This document shows, in pieces, positions 58,301-64,000 of a stretch of 64,000 nucleotides of DNA (positions are counted from its first letter, which is position 1; each line of letters opens with the position of its first letter). Source of the stretch: Opitutaceae bacterium (GTDB lineage: Bacteria; Verrucomicrobiota; Verrucomicrobiia; Opitutales; Opitutaceae); assembly GCA_035546595.1 (NCBI GenBank), contig DASZWO010000046.1, positions 1,952-65,951 on the forward strand. The letters run 5' to 3'. The notes beneath the pieces are model-generated. The model searched no databases. It was not told the origin of the DNA and saw only the letters and a list, made by a program, of their open reading frames with translations. Made by a program: the position numbers and the translations under genes.

Positions 58301-59046
58301 GGGTCATCGCCAACACCGGCGGCGGCCGCATCAACGGCTCGTTCCCCATCATCACCCAGGACATCGAGTCGAAGGGCTTCGAGGTCGAGGCCACGGTCCG
58401 CCCGGTCAGCAATTGGGACCTGACGTTCAACGCCTCCAAGGTGAACGCCTCCCAGACCGCGCTGGGGGCGCAGGATTCCGCCTTCATCCAGGCGGAGTAC
58501 AAGTTCCTCAGCGGCCCGGCGGGCCAGCTGCCGCTCTGGGGCTACTGGGGCAGCGCCGGCGGCGGCACCAGCACGCTCTACAGCTACTTCCTGCAGAACA
58601 TCTGGTCCGCCTACCAGCTGCAGCAGGCCCAGACCGGCACGGAGCAGCCCGAGCTGGCGGAGTGGAACTTCAAGGCGATCACCAACTACCACTTCCGGAC
58701 CGGCTGGACCAAGGGCTTCAACGTCGGCGGCGGCTACCGGTGGGAATCGCGGCCGATCCTCGGCTACGGGATCTCCCAGGTCACCGATCCGACGAGCGGC
58801 GCCCAGAGCTGGATCATGGACGTGCGGAAGCCGCTCTACGGCAAGACCGACTATCACTTCGACGCCTGGGCCGGCTACCAGCACCGGCTGACCTCGAAGA
58901 TCGACTGGCGCCTGCAGATCAACCTGAAGAACGTGGCGGAAAGCCCGCACCTGGTCCCGGTCAGCGTCGAACCCGACGGCAGCTGGGCCCAGGAGCGCAT
59001 CGAGGAGGGCCAGATCTGGGAGCTCACCTACAAGCTCATGTTCTGA
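55333..59046 (+). CDS. TonB-dependent outer-membrane receptor (very large, 1237 aa)
   Basis: Signal peptide, Ala/Thr/Pro linker, plug-domain region (VATKLKDTPSALTVVTPALLADTGITNATDL) and a long beta-barrel with terminal aromatic residue (YKLMF). Confidence 0.85.
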   Translation: MQSALRTRVPFGAFGAISALCLMTGTGLWAQVANPNSAAATAPAPSTTATPTPTQVAAASDSYTPPESVVRMDPFSVSTENEGYQAVDTLGGARVATKLKDTPSALTVVTPALLADTGITNATDLYVYTTNTEVAGLNGNFSGVSSRGIGVSNNAEAGRLANPAGTNRARGLTAMDSTRNYFVSDIPWDSFDISRIDISRGPNSFLFGVGSPSGIANYSTNEAIFKDEGNVELRTGSYGTTRQSLDYNKTLIPGELALRVDLLNDDTQFRQKPAFNHQQRAYAALRFDPAALATSSSHMKIDLNAEAGRVRSNNPRELPPLDFISGYFAGGLNKGGYDPFVYNTNQQLTGVGSFTGVSAWVNAQDIHYLWPGPNASYIYDGNSGALLGARTTFNGANDVNGVGLTSFPQAAPLYTTGFANYARTVNYRTLVNGADTTASKFNGAYAGTVTYGDKSLTNPSIFNFYDNLIDGPNKQEWQDWKAFNATVEESLLSGRLAIQGVVDHQDYTQGQATIFGYTEPFISVDLDSNLIEYPSWSGMAVANPNAGRPFIAGDFSNGDNSTHTIRDNYQLTANGEIRADDFLPKGGLLAEILGTHSITGLLGEYRTKIDYRAWDGDATDVAFANAMGDATGNISGYRGISWVSYLGASMVNTPSASGLNLSRIANPIQPISGSVLSFNNTWTATGVSPSAPWTDPSPYATNPSTQAENPANYKGWTSMTANVLNWHDNISQLYTNGNLTQQNLRSGAFMYQGHLWDDIIVPEFGWRRDEIDQSSANAPLDPNTHVASMNYGITGSPATVTTTSTSWGVSLHLPKQIQSRLPLGSDLSVYYFHGNNQTPKVRYAFDTTQLPNESGKTDDYGVQLDTLNGHATVRVTFFKTLDQNAAAGSGAADPLGANGYYLYLLPAWGAGDAGLDALGLAGSTADGGFSQNTGDLKAEAASVADWKANFAKYFPQQFFDAYGLGVNVGAITSGNWANVYNNPNTVNYPWVIANTGGGRINGSFPIITQDIESKGFEVEATVRPVSNWDLTFNASKVNASQTALGAQDSAFIQAEYKFLSGPAGQLPLWGYWGSAGGGTSTLYSYFLQNIWSAYQLQQAQTGTEQPELAEWNFKAITNYHFRTGWTKGFNVGGGYRWESRPILGYGISQVTDPTSGAQSWIMDVRKPLYGKTDYHFDAWAGYQHRLTSKIDWRLQINLKNVAESPHLVPVSVEPDGSWAQERIEEGQIWELTYKLMF

Positions 59047-59112
59047 TCCGTCGGGATGCGCGGCCCGCCGCCTTCGGGCGCGGCGCCGCCATCGTCAAGT
59101 CATCATGGCACC

Positions 59113-59144
59113 GGGGCATCCCAGCGCGGGATGCCCCTTTTTTT
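59113..59144 (+). terminator. Rho-independent terminator after the receptor gene
   Basis: GGGGCATCCC-agcgc-GGGATGCCCC: a perfect 10-bp GC-rich stem followed by TTTTTTT. Confidence 0.85.
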
Positions 59145-59179
59145 GACATCGCGCCCCGGATGCCCTTCCTCAGTCCCCC

Positions 59180-61249
59180 ATGCGCCGCTTGAGCCGGCTC
59201 CTGCTGCTCCTGGCTATGGCGCCGGCGGCGATCGCCGCCGGGCCGGTGGAGTTCCGCTTCGCCCTCCCGCCGGACCCGCGCGCGGCGGATCCCTTCGCCC
59301 GCGAGATCTGGGCCCGGGTGGCAACGCCCTCCGGCCGCATCCTCGAGCTGCCGGCCTTCTACCGCGGCGGGGGGATCTTCGCGGTGCGCGCCCGGCCGGA
59401 CGAGGCGGGGGTCTACCGGATGGGGCGCGTGACGGAGGCGGCGCCGGGCGCGCCGGGAGAGGCCCTGGCTGCCCGGGCGCTCTCGCCAGCGCGGGTGGAG
59501 GTGGCGCCGTCCGGCCGGACCCGCCTGCCCGCGATCGGCCTCGATCCGCGCGACCGGCACGGGTTTCGGGACAGCGACGGGCGCGTTTACTTTCCGGTCG
59601 GGGCCAACCTCGCCTGGCCCGAGGGCGACTGCGTCCCGTACTACCGGCGCGCGCTGGCGGCGTTCAGCGCCGCCGACCTCAACTGGATGCGGGTCTGGAT
59701 GGTGCATTGGGGCGGGCTCAACCTCGACTGGCTGCCCCCCGGGGCGGGCCCGTCCCCGAAGCCCGGCGGGATCGACGCCGCGGTGGCGGCCCGCTGGGAC
59801 GAGCTGCTGGAGGAGGCGGAGGCGCGGGGGGTCTACCTCCAGGTCGTGTTCCAGCACCACGGCCAGTACACCACCGGCGCGAATTCGAACTGGGCGGAAA
59901 ACCCCTGGAACGCGGCGAACCCCGGGGGCTTCCTCAAGGCCCCGGAGGACTTCTTCACCGATCCCCGGGCCCTCCGGCTCACCGCGCGCAAGTACCGCTA
60001 CATCGCGGCGCGCTGGGGCTGGTCGCCGGCGGTCTTCGCCTGGGAATTCTTCAACGAGGTGCACTGGACCGACGCCTGGGCGCATGGGCACCAGGCCGAG
60101 GTCGCCCGCTGGCACGACGCCATGGCGGCCCTGGTCCGCTCGGTCGACCCCTACCGGCACCTCCTCACCACCAGCGCCGACGACCTCCGCAGCGCGGTCT
60201 ACGCCCACCTCGACTTCTACCAGCCGCACCTCTACGCCGCCAACCTGCTGGCGGGGGTCCGCAGCTACGATCCGCCCGCCGCCGAACTCGGGCGGCCGGT
60301 GTTCTACGGCGAGTTCGGCGGCGACCACCTGCCGGTCGCCGAGGCCGCGAAACAGGCCGGCCTCACGCTCGTCCCGCCGGCCTGGGCCGCGCTGATGGGC
60401 GAGGGGATGCTGGCCGCCCAGCCCTGGGAGGGGGCGAAGCTCCTCGCCACCGGCCGGGCCGCCGAGCTCGGCGCCGTCCACCGGTTCGCCCTGGCGAGCC
60501 GCCTGCTGGATCACCCGGCGGCGCGGCCCTTCTCCGCGGTGGCCGAGACGGCCGCGCACCTGCCGCTCCAAATCCGCGCCGGGCAGATCTGGCAGCGCCG
60601 CGCCGCGCCGGAGCTGACCGTGCCGGTCGACGGGCGCGAGCCGCTCGGCCTGGCGGACGTGCCCGGCGTGCTGGTGGGCTCGCCGGACAGCCTGGCCGAC
60701 GGGTTCCCGGGGCGGGCCACCTATCACTTCGAGCTGCCGCGGCCCGTCGCCCTGCGGGTCCGCGTCGGCGCCGTCGGCGCCGCGGGCTCGGCGCTGCGCG
60801 TGCGGCTGGACGGGCGGGTGGTGGTGGACCGGACCTTCGCCGCCGGCGGCCGGGCGTCGCTGCCAGCCTCGTTTTCGTTCCCGGCGGATGCCGGCGGGCA
60901 CACCCTGGTGGTCGAGAATCCCGGCGGCCCCGACTGGGTCGAGATCCCGGCCATCGACCTCGGGCTCGAGATCCCCGTGCTCGCCGCCGTCGGCCGCCGC
61001 GACGACGCCTTCCTCGCCCTCTGGCTCTGGCGGCGCGACGGGCTCTACGCCGCGGCGGAGCCCGCCCCCGTCGGCGGCACCCTCGTCCTGGACCGGGTGC
61101 CCGCCGGCGCCTGGGCGGTGAGCTGGTGGGACGCCGGGGCCGGGCGCCTCGGCCCGCCCGCGACCGTGGATCATCCCGGCGGCACGCTGCGGCTGCCCAT
61201 CCCGCCCGTGGCGCGGTGCGCGGCCGTCGTCCTCTCCCGCCGGCCCTGA
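59180..61249 (+). CDS. Secreted putative glycoside hydrolase (DUF5060-like N-domain + GH5/cellulase-like TIM barrel + C-terminal beta-rich domain)
   Basis: Signal peptide. Central region NWMRVWMVHWG...FAWEFFNEVHW contains the NE acid/base-type motif of clan GH-A. The family call is tentative. Confidence 0.6.
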   Translation: MRRLSRLLLLLAMAPAAIAAGPVEFRFALPPDPRAADPFAREIWARVATPSGRILELPAFYRGGGIFAVRARPDEAGVYRMGRVTEAAPGAPGEALAARALSPARVEVAPSGRTRLPAIGLDPRDRHGFRDSDGRVYFPVGANLAWPEGDCVPYYRRALAAFSAADLNWMRVWMVHWGGLNLDWLPPGAGPSPKPGGIDAAVAARWDELLEEAEARGVYLQVVFQHHGQYTTGANSNWAENPWNAANPGGFLKAPEDFFTDPRALRLTARKYRYIAARWGWSPAVFAWEFFNEVHWTDAWAHGHQAEVARWHDAMAALVRSVDPYRHLLTTSADDLRSAVYAHLDFYQPHLYAANLLAGVRSYDPPAAELGRPVFYGEFGGDHLPVAEAAKQAGLTLVPPAWAALMGEGMLAAQPWEGAKLLATGRAAELGAVHRFALASRLLDHPAARPFSAVAETAAHLPLQIRAGQIWQRRAAPELTVPVDGREPLGLADVPGVLVGSPDSLADGFPGRATYHFELPRPVALRVRVGAVGAAGSALRVRLDGRVVVDRTFAAGGRASLPASFSFPADAGGHTLVVENPGGPDWVEIPAIDLGLEIPVLAAVGRRDDAFLALWLWRRDGLYAAAEPAPVGGTLVLDRVPAGAWAVSWWDAGAGRLGPPATVDHPGGTLRLPIPPVARCAAVVLSRRP

Positions 61250-61254
61250 GCCCC

Positions 61255-61899
61255 ATGCCGCTGCTTCCCGGCGAACGCCTGGTCATGATCGGCGACTCGA
61301 TCACCGAGTGGGGCCGTCCCAAGCCCGGAACCCCGGGCCGCGCCACGGCGCTCGGCCACGGCTACGTCTCGCTGGTGGCCGCGCGCCTGGGGAGGCAGGT
61401 TCCCCCGCCCGGGGTCGAGGTGCTCAACCGCGGCGTGGGCGGCAACACGGTGAGGGACCTCGCGGCCCGCTGGGAGGAAGACGCCCTCGGGACGCGGCCG
61501 CACTGGCTCTCGGTCATGATCGGGATCAACGACGTCTGGCGGTCCTTCGATCCGGCGCGCCGAGCCGAGGCGGTGCCGCCCGAGGAGTATGAACGGACGC
61601 TCGACCTCCTGCTCGCCCGGGCCCGGCCGGCGGTGCGCGGCCTGGTGCTGCTCGCGCCGTTCTACGTCGAGCCCGACCGCTCGGCGCCGATGCGGGCGCG
61701 GATGGACCAGTTCGGGGCGATTGTGGCCCGCCTGGCCCGCCGCCACCGGGCTCGCTTCGTCGACACTCAGGCGGAGATGGACGAGCTGATGAAGCGGGCC
61801 GCTCCGGGGGCGATCGCCGGGGACCGCGTCCACGTCGGGGCCTCGGGCCACGAGGCGATCGCCCGCGCCTTCCTGGCCGCGGCCGCGGCGGACGGTTGA
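61255..61899 (+). CDS. SGNH/GDSL hydrolase
   Basis: ATG at 61255 inside track ORF 59056..61899. Blocks MIGDSITEWG, GVGGNT, GINDVW, DRVHVGASGH. Confidence 0.8.
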   Translation: MPLLPGERLVMIGDSITEWGRPKPGTPGRATALGHGYVSLVAARLGRQVPPPGVEVLNRGVGGNTVRDLAARWEEDALGTRPHWLSVMIGINDVWRSFDPARRAEAVPPEEYERTLDLLLARARPAVRGLVLLAPFYVEPDRSAPMRARMDQFGAIVARLARRHRARFVDTQAEMDELMKRAAPGAIAGDRVHVGASGHEAIARAFLAAAAADG

Positions 61900-61930
61900 G
61901 CCGGCCCGCGGCGGCGCCCTTCGGCCGGGA

Positions 61931-62404
61931 TCACCACTTCTGCTCGCCGGAGACCTGGCGGGTCGGCACGTTGATGCGGTTGAAGAGATTGACCACCGCG
62001 ATGACGAGGACCAGGCCGGCCATCCCGGACTCGTCATAGTGCCGGCTCGCCTCGTCCCAGACGGCGTCCGGCACCCCCTCCGGGGAATCGGCGATGCGGG
62101 TGGCCGCCTCGGCGAGGTCCAGGGCGGCGCGCTCGGCCGCGGTGAAGTAGGGCGCCTCGCGCCAGGCGGAGAGCGCGAAGAGCCGCTCGGCGGTCTCGCC
62201 GTCCTTGAGGGCATGCTTGGCCCCGCCGTCGATGCATTGGCCGCAGCCGTTGATCTGGCTGACGCGCAGGTGCACCAGGGCGACGGTGGCGGGAGGCACG
62301 CCCTGGCAGGCGGCGCCATACAGCGCCTGGAGCGGGCCGGCCGCGCCGGCCAGCACCTCGACGGGACTTCTCATCCGGGCAGTGGGTTTGACTCGGTTGT
62401 TCAT
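61931..62404 (-). CDS. Carboxymuconolactone decarboxylase / AhpD-like family protein
   Basis: 157 aa with a CxxC motif in the context VSQINGCGQCIDGG, typical of AhpD-like proteins. Confidence 0.75.
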   Translation of the reverse strand: MNNRVKPTARMRSPVEVLAGAAGPLQALYGAACQGVPPATVALVHLRVSQINGCGQCIDGGAKHALKDGETAERLFALSAWREAPYFTAAERAALDLAEAATRIADSPEGVPDAVWDEASRHYDESGMAGLVLVIAVVNLFNRINVPTRQVSGEQKW

Positions 62405-62498
62405 GGGTTATCGAGTTGATGACGGGCGAAAACGCCAGGCCAGGACGTAATCTGCGACGGGGTTGCCGTCGGGCGGGCCCTCCCGGTTAATTCCCGCC

Positions 62499-63194
62499 AT
62501 GCCTTTTCCCATCCTGAGCGTCGACCGCCTGCAGAAGACCTACGCCACCGCGGCGGGGCCGCTGACCGTCCTGCACGAGATCAGCTTCGAATTGGCGGAG
62601 GGGGCGACCCTTGCGATCGTGGGCCCGAGCGGCAGCGGCAAGACCACCCTGCTCGGCCTCTGCGCCGGCCTCGACCGGGCCAGCGCCGGCAGCGTCACCC
62701 TCGCCGGCGAGCGGCTGGACGGCCTGGACGAGGACGCCCGGGCGAGGGTCCGCAACCGCCACGTCGGCTTCGTCTTCCAGAACTTCCAGCTCATCCCCAC
62801 TCTGACCGCGCTCGAGAACGTGCTGGTCCCGATCGAATTGCGGGGCGAGCGGGGAAGGGAATCCTACGGCCGGGAGCTGCTCCGGCGCGTCGGGCTGGGG
62901 GAGCGCTTCGACCACTATCCGGTCCAGCTTTCCGGCGGCGAGCAGCAGCGCGTCGCCCTGGCCCGGGCCTTCATCAGCAGCCCGAAAATCCTCTTCTGCG
63001 ACGAGCCCACCGGCAACCTGGACAACGACACCGGCCAGGCGATGATCGAGCTGATCTTCGCGCTGAACCGGGAGAAGGCGACGACGCTGGTCCTGGTCAC
63101 GCACGACTCCGACCTGGCCCGCCGGTGCCGGCGGGTGATCCGCCTGAAGGGCGGGGCGGTGGTTTCCGACGGGCCTCCCGGGCCGGCAGCGTGA
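62499..63194 (+). CDS. ABC transporter ATP-binding protein (LolD/YbbA-like)
   Basis: Walker A GPSGSGKTT, signature LSGGEQQR, Walker B ILFCDEPT. The ATG at 62499 is preferred over 62463. Confidence 0.9.
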   Translation: MPFPILSVDRLQKTYATAAGPLTVLHEISFELAEGATLAIVGPSGSGKTTLLGLCAGLDRASAGSVTLAGERLDGLDEDARARVRNRHVGFVFQNFQLIPTLTALENVLVPIELRGERGRESYGRELLRRVGLGERFDHYPVQLSGGEQQRVALARAFISSPKILFCDEPTGNLDNDTGQAMIELIFALNREKATTLVLVTHDSDLARRCRRVIRLKGGAVVSDGPPGPAA

Positions 63195-63278
63195 GCCCCG
63201 CCCCCGGGAGGCCCTGACAGCAATGTCAGTTTCGCCCGGCTTGCAGCGGGGGCCGGATATGGCTGGGATGGCCTGCCC

Positions 63279-63992
63279 GTGGCCGCTGCCGGTTCATTGC
63301 CTGCTCCCGAGGTGCTGCTGATCGAGGACGAGCGCAAGACGCGCGATTCGGTCTTGGAGGGCCTGCGCCTGGAGGGCTGGCGCGTCTCCGGCGCGGGCTC
63401 GGCCGAGCGGGGCTGGGAAATGCTCGCCGCCGCCTCCTTCGACCTGATCGTGCTCGACCGCATGCTGCCGGACGGCGACGGCCTGGACCTGCTGCAGCGC
63501 CTGCGCCAGCGCGGCCAGCCGACCCCGGTGCTGGTGCTGACCGCGCGCGGCGCGCTGGATGAGCGCGTCCAGGCGCTGGAGGGGGGGGCGGACGACTATC
63601 TGACCAAGCCCTTCGCCTTCGCCGAGCTCGTCGCGCGCTGCCGGGCGCTGCTGCGCCGGCCGGTGCTCGCGATCGGCACCTTCCTGCGCTGCGAGGACCT
63701 GAACTTCGACCTGCACACCCGCCTGGTCTCCCGCGGCGGCGATCCCATCGGGCTGACCCCGCGCGAGTGCGAGATCATGGAGTACCTCCTCCGCTACCAG
63801 GGCCAGGTCGTGACCCGGGAGATGCTGGAGCGGGACGTCTGGAAGCAGTCCCACCGCTTCACCTCCCTGGACAACGTCATCGACGTCCAGATGATGCGCC
63901 TGCGCCGCAAGATCGATGGCGAGGGCCGCCCCCGGCTGCTGCACACGCTGCGCGGGGTGGGGTACCGCCTGGGCCGCGAAGAGGAGGCATGA
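63279..63992 (+). CDS. OmpR/PhoB-family response regulator
   Basis: REC domain (LLIEDE, LIVLDRMLPDGDG, VLVLTA, YLTKPF) plus winged helix (LTPRECEIMEYLL, LHTLRGVGYRL). The start is uncertain: GTG at 63279 or GTG at 63312. Confidence 0.85.
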   Translation: MAAAGSLPAPEVLLIEDERKTRDSVLEGLRLEGWRVSGAGSAERGWEMLAAASFDLIVLDRMLPDGDGLDLLQRLRQRGQPTPVLVLTARGALDERVQALEGGADDYLTKPFAFAELVARCRALLRRPVLAIGTFLRCEDLNFDLHTRLVSRGGDPIGLTPRECEIMEYLLRYQGQVVTREMLERDVWKQSHRFTSLDNVIDVQMMRLRRKIDGEGRPRLLHTLRGVGYRLGREEEA

Positions 63993-64000
63993 ACTGGTGG
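63989..64000 (+). CDS. 5' end of the downstream gene (probably the cognate sensor kinase), truncated by the window
   Basis: The ATG overlaps the regulator stop (ATGA at 63989-63992) and is preceded by GAGGAGG. Only 4 codons are visible. Confidence 0.3.

Noticed and set aside
55228-58950. 1240-aa minus-strand ORF opposite the TonB-dependent receptor gene
   Set aside because: Shadow frame (Gly/Val/Ala/Arg/Asp-rich). The + strand encodes a signal peptide, a plug and a beta-barrel ending in a terminal Phe.
59036-61174. 712-aa minus-strand ORF and the 947-aa + strand ORF 59056..61899
   Set aside because: Both are out-of-frame shadows of the GH5-like gene. Only the last 214 codons of 59056..61899, from the ATG at 61255, form the SGNH hydrolase.

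Overview
High-G+C bacterial chromosome segment (about 70% by eye, not computed). The PEP-CTERM protein, a very large TonB-dependent receptor and dense CAZyme content suggest a Verrucomicrobiota (Opitutales-like) source; this is inference only. Content in order: (1) 1-2.1 kb: a 5'-truncated adenylate-forming enzyme gene convergent with a PEP-CTERM surface protein gene. (2) 2.1-10.2 kb, housekeeping: membrane-anchored TPR-like protein, sdhCAB (b558 type), lysA, gpsA. (3) 10.3-13.4 kb: a NarL-type response regulator tail-to-tail with an operon of glpK, a secreted coiled-coil protein and a single-domain Hpt. (4) 13.4-23.1 kb: five tandem paralogs of a polytopic GT-C-like (TMTC/PMT-like) domain fused to TPR arrays, followed by rhaM and a cupin. 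(5) 24.1-33.0 kb: an ~8.9-kb lower-GC integrative mobilizable element inserted in tRNA-Val(CAC) and bounded by a perfect 31-bp direct repeat. It carries a tyrosine integrase, a Xis-like protein, a MOBF relaxase-helicase, two tightly packed operons of small immunity-like or unknown proteins, and a cytoplasmic trypsin-like protease. (6) 33.0-61.9 kb: a plant-cell-wall glycan utilisation locus with GH28, two SGNH esterases, a LacI regulator, GH31 alpha-xylosidase, GH74, two GH1, a GH2 beta-galactosidase-like enzyme, a GPH symporter, an AXE1-type esterase, GH27, GH2 beta-mannosidase, a XylR/AraC regulator, a TonB-dependent receptor and a DUF5060/GH5-like protein. AT-rich promoter motifs recur across this locus. 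(7) 61.9-64.0 kb: AhpD-like protein, ABC ATPase, OmpR-type response regulator. No rRNA gene or CRISPR array was seen. Many long ORFs in the supplied track are high-GC shadow frames and were rejected.
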